Assembly: GCF_964204645.1 (NCBI RefSeq)
Contig: NC_134026.1
Location: 25,454,150-25,518,149, forward strand
Origin: Tubulanus polymorphus
Taxonomy: Eukaryota; Animalia; Nemertea
DNA: 64,000 nt
Reading direction: 5' to 3'
The position numbers and the translations under genes are program-made. Shown here in pieces: positions 39,501 to 54,080 of the stretch (within the stretch, counting starts at the first letter, position 1; every line of letters starts with the position of its first letter). The notes under the pieces were generated by a model. The model was not told the origin of the DNA, did no database searches, and worked only from the letters and a program-made list of their open reading frames with translations.

Positions 39501-42500
39501 TCCAGGCGACTTTCAAGATACTGTAATTAACTAAATTTACAAGAAGCGATGTCCGTAAATGAACGAACCGGCGAACAGTGACCAGGTGGAGGACGGAGTC
39601 GCTCATTAAATTTGCAGTCTGATTCGCGAAAGCGGAGAGAACACCTTTGGATTCGAAGGAGTCAATTAACAAACAATGAGTCAAACAAGCGATGTCCTGT
39701 CGCAGTGACGATAATCAGGCAACAGCACGACGCAGGCGACAGCACCGCACACCGGCGCTTCGTTCGTGTCCACGGCAAAAAGAATTGACAAGAAAAAATT
39801 CAATCAATCAAAATTTATTAAACAACATCATCTCGAGACCAGTCTCTCGTGTGACATAAAAAATCCATCAGTTATCCTGAAGATCCCGACTCGGCTTGGA
39901 AAGCATGTAGCGCACGTGTATCAGCAACACGAACAGTTACTAACGACGAAGTTGTACATGACAAACACTACATGCTACCGCTGATGATGAAAAGTTTCAA
40001 AACCCAAAATGTAATTTTCCCCCTAAATCCTATCGAGTCTAATAAACAAGCCGAAAAGGGAAACTAATAGCGTCCATGTCGGTTGTATACTTTGTCACGG
40101 ACTGTCTGCTTTTAGTTATTAAGATATGAAACTGGCTGAATATAAACATCTATCGAACAGCGGTCAATATCATCCATGTCCTGTAATATCAAAATCATCC
40201 GGGATTTCATCCGGCGGGCATAAAAATATGCAAAGCCTTTATTGACATTTAATAGATATATTGGATGAACCATATCAAATATAGTTGGCCGAGCTGACCA
40301 CGTAAATCGCAGAAAACCATCTAGACCATGAATAGAATCATATATCGGAGAATGTATAACCCTACAGCTCATCAGCAATGAATTTCCATTTAAGAAATAA
40401 TGAGTTTTGAGAGATATTAATCTTCAAGGGACGCGTGTTGGACGTTAAGTAGACCTTGAGTCGTGTAGTGACGTGTCGTATGGAGTTTCAATAGCCATGA
40501 ACCCACAGAAAATGATACGCCGAGAAGGGTGAAATCAAGTCAATTGATTGAGCGGATCAGAAAGCCTCGGCTGTTTACGGATAGATGTCAGCGTGCAACC
40601 CTATCACAGCTACCAAAACACTGAGCACGCCTGTCAATAGATAAACTATCGCAGAATTAAAAGGATTATTCACCGAAATCATATTCTGGTAAAACGTTAT
40701 ATATCGTTAGATCTGCTAGAAATAGCGCCGAGCACCGCTATACAGACCAATCTAACATTTCAATAACAATTTCTATCTAGATAGATCGCAATTTCTTACA
40801 ACGTCGACTTTATTGAAGAAACTATTAAAGAAAATACATAGCGCGGCAGTACCGTTAAGCCATCAATTTACCATCAATTTTCACCACATTACATCAAATT
40901 GCAATTTGAGCGTTTAAATCCGCGTCTATTGTTGTTATGTCATTTCGCGTGAAAAGACTGCCGACTATACCGACGCGCAAAACTGGGAAGTCATTTTCGT
41001 CGACAATTTAGCACGACAATGACGATTTTCAATCCCTTAGCGAGTTTTCTTGCCGCGACGGTTCGTATAACAGACTCACAAGGTTACGGCCGCGTTTCGT
41101 CCCCGATACATCGCGGATTTACGTTTAAAGTAATTAGCTTCGTATTCAGGCGACGGCGAATAATTGGAATTTTAGCTTTTAAGCTTTCGAATCGGTGCCG
41201 ATAATTTGCCAGAAGTGAGAATCGAGTCGCTATCACTCCGCCATTATGTAAGACAAGCGCTTCCATAACGAGTGCGCGTCTGAAGATGAGAACTTTATTA
41301 TTGAAATGCACTTCATTTAAATTGTTGAGTCGATCGTCGAGGATAAAATCGCTGGAATCGTTGCATCGGCAATCACGCGTCTCTTATCTACAGCATCGTC
41401 AGATCAAACGCGTTTAGCGTTACGGGATACCCATCAATGATATCTTCAACGAGTCACTCGTGAAATGATATTCGAACTGAAGCAGATATCTAGTGGAAAC
41501 ATTTTGAAAATTATTCAATCGATGTCTATCTGTTTAAGCAGGTCCTTACGAGTCGGCCACCGAAGTGTGTATTTATGACGAAATACGTTACAGGCAAAGC
41601 TTTCATTCATTAGCATTCAGTCAAAACAAAAGATTACTGATGTACCATCAAGCCACAAATATAACCCTGAGGCAATGTACGGCGCGTAAGAGTAAGCAAT
41701 TTCACTTTAAATTGGTCAATTAAAACATCTTATTAGAAACACTTTCATCGCAGCGTTGCCATTTTCTGCGCCAGTGCATCCTACTTTGAACAGTTAAATT
41801 GTAATTATTTGAAAAATGTTCGCCCGCCTTCGAACAATTAGTGTCCGTTCCACGGCAGTAATTGCTTCATTCTCAGTGATTGGTAAAAGATTAAATTAAT
41901 CATGTTTTAAAGATAATTAGTTCCACGTAACAGCCGCAATGACCTAATCGGGAATGTACGGTATCTCGGCATAGCGATATAACAGCACGAATAGCTGTTC
42001 GAGTCATGTTATATCCACGGAAATCTGAAGATTCAGCCATCTATTATCTCATAAAAGTCCAAACTACCTTCCTCGGGATGTAGAATTTCAAAACGACTGC
42101 TTGTATAGGTTTCGTAAGGATAATATGGAGATTTTGGGATAGATTTTGTTTTACTTCACATATTCAGCCCTCGGGGATAAACTTTAATTTCGTGCGACAG
42201 CCACGACAAAACTCGTTAACGGACCGGCGCCGCAAAAACGGAACTTCTGTCGAAAAAACCAATCAAGATTTCAACTACAAAACTTCAATTTTAAATGAGT
42301 TTTCTTGCATTATTTCCTGAAATGGTATCGAATTACAAGAACCAATTTGTATCCACTGAAATTGCTTCTGAAATTCAATTCAGATTGCGGAATTGATCGG
42401 GCCCTTCTGCGCAGGTGGATGTAACGCATACGTCGCAGCGTTTTTGAATTCAATTAAAATCGAATCCTGTGACTGACAGGTTAGGAAATAGGTACTCATA

Positions 42501-42622
42501 TCGTCACCACCAAACACAGCGCAACCGTGACCACAAATGATTCATTCTATCGTCACTATACAGCGCAACAACCCTCTAGTTATTCTTCAAGAAGTATCTT
42601 GATGTTGGTAACGAGAAGCCCC

Positions 42623-43022
42623 AAGTTTTTTGACGCCGTAAAAAATGTTACAATATATAATGTTTTGTAGACATTGATAACTACTCTGCGTTATCTAAGG
42701 GGTACTGTGTGAGCTGATGTGCACTACGTCATCAAAATAACAGTTACAATTGTGAATCGTGGTATTTATTTTGGAATTACATATATTTCATGACTCTTAT
42801 TTTCTCTCTGACGAAGTTTGTTTTTTTTAATAATTGAGATGTTGTGTACCACGTCATTAATATATCGGGGCTACACTGGTCGCCGATCAATTCAATTCAA
42901 TTATCAATATATACAGATTCAAATAACTGCTACTGATTCTTAATATCATGTCGTACATATCAAATCATTTATTGTCGATATTAAGTAATACATATGTTAT
43001 TTTTCAAGGCGTCGACAAACTT
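42623..43022 (-). mobile_element. MITE family B, full-length copy in inverted orientation
   Basis: GGGTACTGTGTGAG, CTACGTCATCA and TATCGGGGCTA are reverse complements of the family blocks. Terminal repeats AAGTTTTTTGACGCC / GGCGTCGACAAACTT. Confidence 0.85.
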
Positions 43023-43417
43023 TCTTGTTCGGCGGTGTTTCTGAGGTGTGTGGGCCATCTAAAAAATTCACGAAGTAATTAACGGATAAATTTGACACTG
43101 CAGTTACCACTACGGACTTAATAATATAATAATATGTATACTTCTCGCATAATGAATCAGTTATATAAAGATAGATGACTTGAAGCTGGTTAACGGCAGT
43201 AATCCATCACTATTCACAGCTTGTATAATTCATTGTCAAAATTATGGAAAGCGCATTAATAATCATTTGCTTTTAATAGTTGTGATGAAGTTTCGAATAC
43301 ATTTTCGATCGATCAATCTATGCAAAATATGATGTTGATAGAACTCGGCGAGATGTTTGAAATTGTAAGTAACGATATAGATATCGTGGAGAATCCGGTC
43401 AAAACAACTAACCCGGA

Positions 43418-43876
43418 AGTAATTCGCCAACGCCTTGGAGAAAAATAACACATATACAATAGGCCTATGTATGTTGCCTAATATTAAGGACAATATAATA
43501 TGCTATTAAGGATCAAAAGTGTTATTTTGAATTTGGATATATCGATGATTGAATTGAACTAGCTTATACTTCTATGATCGAATTGACCGGCAACCAGTCT
43601 AACCAGGCTAGCCCCGATATTGATGACGTAGGGCACATGCTCAAAATACATAAATCAAAATGACATTAAAATCGATTAATAAATACAAAATAAGAGTCAT
43701 AAAATATATTTGATTACAAAATGAACGTCAAAATTCACGATTCTAATTGTTATTTTGAAACACCAATACTGATGACGTAGTACACATCGACTCACACAGT
43801 ACCCTTGGATAACGCGTAGAGGATATCACTGTCTGAAAAGCATTATTGTAACGGTTTTTAGGGCGTCAAAAATTAC
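43418..43876 (+). mobile_element. MITE family B, full-length copy
   Basis: Collinear with 30398-30806. Terminal repeats GTAATT..ACGCC / GGCGTCAAAAATTAC. Confidence 0.85.
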
Positions 43877-46800
43877 GAGCGAGCTCAAAATTACTCAATC
43901 TTCCAATCTGTTCGACAATTACGATGAATGAATCCACAATTTACACGCGTAAACAGTTGCATAAATAGTTGATGTATTCGCAATAGGGTAGAGGAAATGG
44001 CAGATCAACAGGAGAAAACCACAAACCCACTCATCGCTGCTGTCAAGTGATGTTTCATAGTTAACCTTTAATGAATGTACATTTTCGAATGACGCACTCT
44101 CTTGCATTGATGCAATTTCACAAAGTTCCTTTCGATCGAGTCAGAACTCTGGACAAGATAATCTCAAATAAATGCAGGAAAAGGAAGCACGTTTGGTCTG
44201 TGCGCGCATTAGTGGCGAGGAAACTTTTGTTTGAAAGCTAAATGGTTTTCCTGTCGCGCGAACCCGAGATGCGACCAAACACGATTAAGACTAATATTAA
44301 AACTGGAATATTTCATCATTTAAATTGTGCCCAATAGTGGCCGACAGTCATTACCGCAGTACCGTAGACGGGAAGTGACTGCAATCTGAGCCGCCTCAAA
44401 ATAGAAATTTATGACATTTCTTGATTAATTCGTCCTCTACAATTGTAGAATACTCTATTAGAAACCGAAACCTTGCATACAACTAATGGATGTTGGTTTT
44501 TTAGGAAGGAAATATCATTTTCATTTTCAGAAAGGTAGCGTCTCGTAAAGTATATACATTTCATTGATGATTGTAATTCGCTTGATGCGGATCAACAAGC
44601 ATTATCCTTAATGCGCTTGAAAAAATCTACGCCGACGAACAGAAATAAATAGAACACGAAGCGGCGAGTCAGGTCAGATGAAATAATCATCGGCAAAAAG
44701 TGAAAGAAGTCATGTCTAATGCTTAATGTCTATTGTGGCGTTTTGTTTCGTTGAACGAATACAGCGAGCTCTACCGACTTCAGTTTCAGCCATCACGGCA
44801 TTTCAGGCTTTCAGTATTTCAACGCACGAACGTCATTTCCAGTATTGAACTAAAACGCCCCAATGTCCACATGCTGTTTCGATTCGAATGAATCTTAACG
44901 TATACACGACGAATGCGCAGACTCTTGGCCATCGTAAACACACGACGTCAGCGCCTTGCATGCGTTCAATATTTCAAAGCACGGATACCGTTTCTTTGCA
45001 TGACGTGAAATTTCACTGGAAATAAATAAAAGCTCTCTTAATGACACAAACGGTGTCCGGGTCCGTTCTGATTAATAGTTTTGAACCAGGGAAATGCCTG
45101 ATTTAGCCTGCAAGTTCGTGCAATGGTTTTGATTGAAAGGATTAATAAGGCGGTATTGCATTTTTTTCACACTGTGTATTATAACCGACTGCTGGCTGGA
45201 TGTACACGATGCGTGGCAAATCGTAATTAAGTTTGCTAATTAATGAAAACTAATGACTTTACACAATGCTCGATGGGTATCTGGCATTCGGTGTATTATG
45301 AACCGGTTGGAGAGCAGATTAAAGAAACTGAATGAAAAAAAACCGCCGGGCAAGTCGATAGAAGCGGGGGAACGTTATGTAATTGATCAAATAAAGAGAA
45401 AACCCGAGCGAAGCCAACTCAACATTCTAACCACAACTTTCTAATTTGCGATGTAAAATAACATGCAGTTGAAGCAATCACAATAGACAGCGATGGGGAG
45501 TCCAGAAATAATATTTTATAACTTCATTAATTTTTAGACCCCCATCAGAGTCGAACAACGCGGCTATATTTGGAGATTTATGAGAATGAAAAAGTCCCCT
45601 GGACGCGAGATGTAGGTGTTCTGGATAATTAATTGGAAAAGTGGTTTCTGTCCGGATTCAATAAGTAGATATTATAACACGCAGTCACGCTAATAGGGTC
45701 CTAAATTTCTACGTTTAAAGGACACGTCTTGAATATCAATACAAAACCACACGACCATAAAAACAATGACGAAAACACTGATTAAATCCGTATTTCTAAG
45801 AAACAATATCTTACTCAGTCGTTTCGAGTTGACTGAAATTCTATAGTCGATGAATGATTCATATTGTATACATTATAGAGAAGATGGGATTGATGCTTTA
45901 AAACTGTAAGCTCTTTTATGATTTGATTCAATAACTGACCATTCGTTTTACAAAGCAATCGCCCCAGTTTCTGTTAAAAGCATCGCAGTCCGCGCAGTGA
46001 GAATGAGGAATTTATGTGAGTCACGTAACATTCTTAAACAGGTCGTAAATTTGGATTAGTCCACGCGGTGATATTGGACTATCGGTCGTACATTTTCATC
46101 AAACCATAAAATCGGCAGAAGCCGAGTTTTCTAGTGATTTTGAGTCACATTCAAAGAAAATATGAATGAATCAGTGATGAATTCGAATGCAGAAAAAAAC
46201 TTCTTAAAATAGAAAATGAATCAATAGCGGACTGAATAAAGAACGATTGAAGTATGAATCTAATTTCTTACCAAAATTGAACCATAACACAGACAAATTT
46301 GAGCAGTGTTTCCATATTTCTATCACACGGTATTCAATAAGCGGTTTCTGCGAAGAATCTGAATTTTGCAGCTTATTGGTCCGAATAACTAAATGCTGAA
46401 GGTGAAAGGATGGCAGAAATAAGGACACAATAAAACACCTGACTGTGATGCCGGCTATATTAAGGCATATTTCACTTGACTGCAAGACATGAATAGCGGA
46501 ATACAGTATGTAATAACTTCAATTCTAATATAACAGCCATCGTGATTCACCTTTTTTCCGTCTATAATGAAAATGATTATCACTCAAACGCGAGTAAATG
46601 AATGAAATAAATGAAATTAAGTCGCAGTCTTAGATGGTGCAATAACTGCATCTGACGATTCCAAGGAGATATCCGATTATCAAGCGTTCGCCGGAAAATT
46701 TCTCGTACGCAACAATGATTGATACAGTTCAGCCGCGCAGTCGTCGGTAAAAAGATCCGATTTCAGTTTAATCATTCGCGATAAAACTCAAATAAAAGAA

Positions 46801-49800
46801 TCTATGTTCTCTAAAGCCTTAACATTATTCCCGGGCATTAAAACTGACAAGCCAACAGTCGTTAAATCCATTGATGAATCGATTTCGAAATTAGACACAG
46901 AGATGTAAAAAGATTTAGACGACCGCCGGCCATAAAGTTTAACGGAGCAAAACTAAATAATGTGCGCTTAAAATTCATCGCGCTATACATTATGTCGTTG
47001 ATGAAGATGTATCTTTGAACGGTTCAGTAGAAAACAGCAATTCGTCAATACAGACTGCGCGGAGCATGGTCGTAAAATATACTTAATTTTTGCTAAAACT
47101 TACAACTAAAATGAACTCTAATCAAACTACCGGTTAGATTTAGCATAAATTCGGGATAAATCTTTTCCGCCGAGGTTACGATCACGTCTGAAATTGTGTC
47201 TGGATTAATTTCGTCGGAGAAATTGAAAACGCGACGTTGAAAATCACGCGGATTGATTTCCAAATGGAGGATCTTCAGTTCAATGATACGCACAAAGCGT
47301 GTCATAAACAAAGGCACGAGGCAATTCAGTGCAGACCGAGAGCGCTGCTGATGAAAAAATTTTAATACCGATGAAAATTTACGACCAGTTATTAATTCAG
47401 TTAGCGCCGGCCATATTTTACAACATCGGTTCATTAAAGTTAAGTCTCGCGTGTGAATAGATGTAATCACGTAATACGATGGCACCATTTCGTTTTAGGG
47501 TCCATGATGGTAGGACCCACCAAATCGCGCATAGGTGATCATTTCTTTGACTGAGGGTAAAAACAAGCACAAAAATGTGTCGAGATTGAGTTTTAATTGA
47601 TTTTGTCCGAAAAATCTAAATCTGGAAAATGCATTATCATATGTATAAAGAAAATGTCTGACGTAAATAAAGGGGATAATGAAAATTTAAAAAATGATAA
47701 TTCGTTTATCAGTTCTTGTTCAAATCGAGGGTTAATGCAAAATTAATGTGTTAGTTTCCATCTTGTAGCCCCTGAAATATAGGAACCGCAATGAGTAATA
47801 CCAATATAATAAACATGCGGCGATTACATGACTCGCTATAAATCTGTCCTGAAAATCACTTTTAATGAAAATCTACGAATGATTTCCAGTTCCACGCACA
47901 CCTCGTTTCATTACATAACGTGATTTAACTCGACTGTCATTTCAAACTAACATCTTCCATTAAGACCGGTGAAATATGTTTTTATATTCTAGCACATTAG
48001 CCACCGCAATAACACACCTATCTATCCGACATGATATAAGAGCCTTTGTCACACCAGGCCTTTTTATCTATAACATCACATGTCTTATTTCATCCGCAGC
48101 AAATGTTGACATCAATTTCAGTAGGTTCGTTAAAAAACATCTGTAATTTGTGTTGATATTGTTTCTAACGCTGGAAACCGTCCATACCTTTCATCCTGCT
48201 GGTATATGCAAGCAGCGTATTGGCTGATCACAACGGTCAAACCGACCTCAACCAAAGCCGTACCACACTGTGAAATCGATTTGACTGGAAAGTCTAGATC
48301 AATATTACTCATCTAACTACAAAATTCTGAAAATCTGTATATACCACGTATTAGAACTGTGATATACAGCTGGGAATATGAAGTTGTATTACGAGGTTCA
48401 TTAATCAATCTTCAAGGTACGAATGCGCATTAGAATAACGTGTGAAAAGACATCTCTGAAGAAACTATCGATCACGAATACGTCATAAATAAAAGAAACT
48501 AACAGATCTATTAAATTCTGGTTAATAAATCAATTAGGGAATGCGCTACAATTTGCAGCTCGTAATTTACAATTAAAATAGAGTCACATAAAACTAGTGG
48601 AGTAGGTTGCACGACCGCATTAACGATGGCTACAATTGAAAAGGCAATAAATTCAAGGATGCTCAATGAAATAAAGTTTTTAATGTTGAAATCTATTCCC
48701 ATTACTGATTAATGGCTCAACCAAATCAGCGAGGGATGGAAATAAATCAAGGTAAATGGTGTTCAATTCTAACAGGTAAACATTTATAATGAAACTGAGC
48801 TCCTGGGGATTCTACTAGTATGTCAGCCATCAAATCCATCGTGGGAAAAAAGAAGTTAGATACGTATACTGATGAACTCATCAACCAAACAGACAATGAC
48901 CTCAGAAGTATAGTAACTAGTAAAACCCGCAGTGAGACTTGTCAATACTGTGTGATACAAATCAAGGCATTCACTTTATTTCTATACTTGATCAACTTCA
49001 CAATGATTGTTTCAAGACTTCCATATATAGAGCTTCTTTGACACGGATTCGTTGACGAATAGGACAGTATCCTCGTCCAACTCACAGTGAATACTTCATT
49101 AGACAAATGCAAACCCGGCGACTTTCTCCACCAGTGGAAATTACATTTGTCCGCCCGCCTTTCAAGGAATTTTTATTAAGTGAGCGTCACCCGAATTACA
49201 GGAATGGACACAAATGCTAACTATCTTACAGCTAATAAAACGACTGAATCGAACCTGTGTGAAGGCATCTCCATGATGCGAGTTTCTTTCATTCTTATCT
49301 CTTAAATAGATTTCATTAACGTTGAAAATACTTAGTAGTTTCATCGGTTAAGTCAGGACGCAAACACTAAGATCATCCGAGTGACCATTCAATAATACGC
49401 GATCGCAAACTTTCAGTAATAATCAAGTGAATCGCTGACAATTTCGCCGCGGGTTTTATTTCCCTATATCGAACCCATTGCATTGATAATTCAGCGGGCT
49501 ACATTTGATTTTTTCTCTGTTTTCTCAGTTGCCGACGACGACAAATCCCACGAGCATTTTCAGTCAACTGGAGTAATGTATCGACGCTTGATGAAACCGA
49601 CAGAAAAATCAAATGTCCGGAATGACCCACGGCTACGGTGACCACGACCAACTCGCTCAAATTACACCGTTATACAACAGCGATGGATTTAAATTTTGTG
49701 CAGGTGACAAACGAAAATGGTATGAACATTATTGACGAGTGACTTCCACGCATTGTCCAGACTGCCCATCGGCGATACATCTGACCGGGTCATTACGGGA

Positions 49801-52800
49801 TGCTTTGTTCTAACATCGCCTGAATTATGGAAATTTCACATCGAAGTTTGACAGTTGGCGAAACTTCAGACTTCAATTACCGCGCCGCAATCGTCGAGTT
49901 CAAGGCTACTCGCTGTTCGGGGAAATAGTTTTGTCAATTCCATGCAAATACGTGTAATTCATCTTCGATTTCAGAACGTGCTGGGATAAGGTCATTCGCG
50001 ATTCACGAAGTGGACCGACGCTGCTCATTCAAAACAAAACCAGATCGAATCATTCGAAGTCTAGGACCAATTCAAAGATGATTGGCAAACTTTTTTTCGC
50101 TATCGTCATTTTTCTCAACAAGGTTATCGAGATGCAGCTCGGGAAAGCGAGCGGTCAAGATAACAAATAAGCGACGTCGACGCGAACAAAAAGAAAAAGT
50201 TATTTTCCCTTCGATAAACGTTTGTAATAACACGACGGATGAATATGAAATTGACTTGCCGAGCGAAATCATCCACAACTGATCTAACATTCACGATCGT
50301 GATTGCTTCGATGATCAAATATTTGAAGATAAAAGTAATGCCAACGCGACGGTCAGCTTACAGAGTTTCTTTGAAAATGGACAATTTTTCGCATTGGCCA
50401 CAAAGGCTCGTCCGGTGAGCGACTTGAAAGAAGATTATAAGCATCAAATGAAAGAGCACGGTATGGGTATTTAGCTTTTTCGACGGCGACCGTGATGTAC
50501 AATTGGGAATTTTTACCGACAGCAACGGCGGTTATGCCGAGTTCGAAAATGGCTGTTTGATGTTGAAAATTGCGTTTTTCGGACACAACTTTCAAAAGCC
50601 GGTCAACGGGCATAGAAATAACGCACGCATCTGTCATCAAAGGTCATTTCAAAGCGAGAGGATCAACTCGACAAGTAATTTCCACACATGAGCCTCAAGT
50701 CATAGAACAACTAACTGTCCGTAGCACACTCGCCACTTGAAGTACCAAGGCAAACAAGAAACTGCGTGGTATTTTCCACGTCTCCAGGAATTCAAGGTCA
50801 GTACGATGATAAGGCTCCCAAAATAGTTACCAATACAGGATACCAAAAACTAATCGTCAATTTTATAAAATACGTATAAAAACCCACACAAAATCTTCTG
50901 GATAGCTTCTATACTGTACAAGGGTAGGTTTTAACTTAAAAGCAGTCAGGTCAACGTCAGCAGGTGACAATAAAAATCCATTACGCTGGTCAATATACCA
51001 TCGAACCAGTGTGAATCATGCCGCGGAAAATTTCATGATTACATAATCATTTTGTCCATTGCAGACAACGCGGTGGACATTCATCGACATCCTCGACAGC
51101 TTCTCGGGGTCAAGGTCATTTTGATTGATGGAGATTCGTGAAAAATAGAATTTCGGATCGTCTAATTTAGCATTATGAAAATTAATTGAGGGGACACAAA
51201 AACTGGGGACACAAAAAATGTTGATTAACCAGAAATGAAACCGAGTAGGCCTACGGTACAATCAAACATATTTCTAAACTGTGCTGATGAATAAACTGTA
51301 AAGCGAGCGCTGGGATAGTTTCATGACACCATCGGGAATCGGAAAAATTAAATACAATATTTATAACCGATGCAAAATCCGATTATACCCGCTTTTTAAT
51401 TTTACTAGCGAAACGTAATTGCATTCGATGCAAACACGGAAACCATGTTGAATGTTTCATTCGGTTCCGCGCGGTTATTAAACCTGACATGTTATATAAT
51501 CCATAGCTTTTTAATTGGATTTCACTGCGAATGAACCTATTAGAAAATGCATCAACCGTTCGGCGGGCAAAATCTCATTAAATTTCTATAATTTCAACAG
51601 ACACGTTTATCGTGAAATTAAAACCATACCGAATGATAATAAAAATTCGCCTCAGCCTGTATACTACCGTAGTTCTACGTATACGAAAACTATTTCATTA
51701 TTTTCCACAGCAATTACAGCGTCAATTATATTCTAACGATTTTTATTGTATATCGTATCCGATGCCGAACAAAATGATCGAATGCGAATATTTTCTTTTA
51801 ATTTCTCCATCAAGTATATGAACACTTTCGTAAGATACCGACGATCGATATCAACCCAGACGAAATTGCATCTTTTGACAGTTATTAGCGATAGGAGCGA
51901 TGTGACACCTCGTAAAAAAGGAAAATAAAAAATAAACCGCATCTTTAATGACTTCATATCTTCCCGGACACTTAACCGAAAGCTGAATTAAACATCTCGA
52001 CTTTTTGAAATTGTGTATTTCGAAAATTGATGAAAATGAATACCAAATCATTTGATGATTTCACGAGAAAATTGAACATGCAAAGACTAGATAATTTCGT
52101 ATGAATTTTTCACTTCCGCGAAACCGAAGAGTCACAACCTCGACAGCCTATTAGCGTGCAATGTAAGCCACTACACAGTCAGTTTGACTTTAAGGCTAAT
52201 TAGATCTCCAAGTTCTGGCGATGCTGGTTTTTGCCTGTTAGAATTTCAGCGGCGCAATCAGACCCGGCAACCCACTCGAATAATTACACGTCGTTTCACT
52301 AATGGCCGAGTGTCAAATTTTAATCACCATCGACCAACGAAGTCTTGGAAACATTCCTGCGTTTAAATGTGCTTGAACAAAATTGTCGCTTTGCGTCTAA
52401 GTAGCTCAAATGTCATGACACAGTTGGGCGATTAGGTCATTAGAGAAATTCAGCAGAATTGGCAAAAATCGTGAAATCGTATTTCGTTTCTCTGAGTCAC
52501 TAGATCCACGCGCTTTTTTGAATAACTTTTGAATTTCTCTTCAAGTGGTCATGGGAAAAAACTATTTTGTTATTCTTTCTTGAAATAATGGAACATGAAA
52601 ATTACGTAGATGATCCATAATGAATGCGCAAATACAATATCATCTATCATTACCAATGGTACGGGTAAAAACCAATAAAAATAGGCACCATTGAAAACCT
52701 ATTACCATTAATCAAATATGACGCAAATGGCCCCCGTACGTTACTGAAATTAAGTTCACAGATTAAGTCCTAATTAAAGAAGCACATTTTAATCGTTGCT

Positions 52801-53844
52801 CAATGTTGAATTATGGACGATCTACTTAACCCCGAGTAACATGGATTTGCCTGCGATAATGATTGTACATGGATATGAGCTATAGTTAATCTAAAAGCTA
52901 CCTCGAGATGAAAAGTGGTTTCAACCGCAAAGCGATGAACTGAAACCCACATATTTTTATAATCTACGCACACATACCTAATAATGAAATAGAATGGGAT
53001 GATCAGTAACAAGTCCTTGAGTGTAGTTATGAGCAATATCGGACAGAAATGATTGTGCGATTATCTCAAGATCGGTCAAGGTAAGGAGAGTCCAGTTATT
53101 CGAGTTTTCTCTTTCAGAAGAATGCGACAACTATGGCTATCTACTTTCCTGTTAATGTTTTTAATCCTGAAAGATATATCAGCCTATTCTCCCAAAGGGC
53201 TTTAATTAATGGGCAATTTCAGTTGCAGAACTATAGTTTATTCATTTATCATATTGGTCAATTCGTCGTCTAAGGTTCTAGCGATCCGATAGTCAAACTT
53301 TAACGAAGCCAGTCGATCAATTACAATACTTATATAGCAAGCGTGTTTGAAATGAAAGGATACCCTAGCTCTAATTATACCACATTGTCCGGTAAGATTA
53401 ACAGAAAGCAAGGAAACACACGAATGAAGGCGGCAAATCAATGAAACAAAAATACCGACCACCGGAGAATACAACGATTTGCCACAAATATGAAAGAAAG
53501 CCGGCATCTTTTTCTGTAAATTACTCGTCTCATCATTACTCGAATTCACGTAAAGAGAACTTAATTATTTTTGCCTCGCAGAGCCGGTCATGCTGAGAAA
53601 TTATAGCATCATTATCCGTGTGAAAGGATGGTGAATTGCGGATTGGAAACTGCAGCGATAGTGCGTAATAATATCTACTATAGCCCCCGATTCCAGGCCA
53701 GGTTCACTCGATATAGTGGAGTGGTGTCAAACAATCATCTAATCATTATTACATGACCAAGTTTTATGATTCTAAATTAAGTAAATTAATCAATTTCAAA
53801 TTCAATTTGAGTACTGTAGAGCCAGTGTTCGGACAATAAGATAT

Positions 53845-54080
53845 ATCCTAAGTTTAATTCCCACTATACACGCAGAATTATAAAAAAAACTAAAAACGAA
53901 TCTTATTTCTCCAGAATTAAAATCAAAATACACGACGTTTTTAACTCTCACTAGAGATCAGCTGAAACCTGACGATGATCTCGAGCGAGAGTTCGAAACG
54001 TCGTGTATGTTGATTTTAATTCTTGAGAAAAAAATCGTTTTTAATCTTTTAAATTCTTATAAAGTGGGTTATACTTATTA
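53845..54080. mobile_element. Long inverted repeat; probable Penelope-like element end with a minimal hammerhead-ribozyme-like core
   Basis: AGAATTAAAATCAAAATACACGACGTTT..AACTCTC pairs with GAGAGTT..AAACGTCGTGTATGTTGATTTTAATTCT. The core CTGACGA-stem-GAAAC-GTC lies at 53969-54002. Confidence 0.65.
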
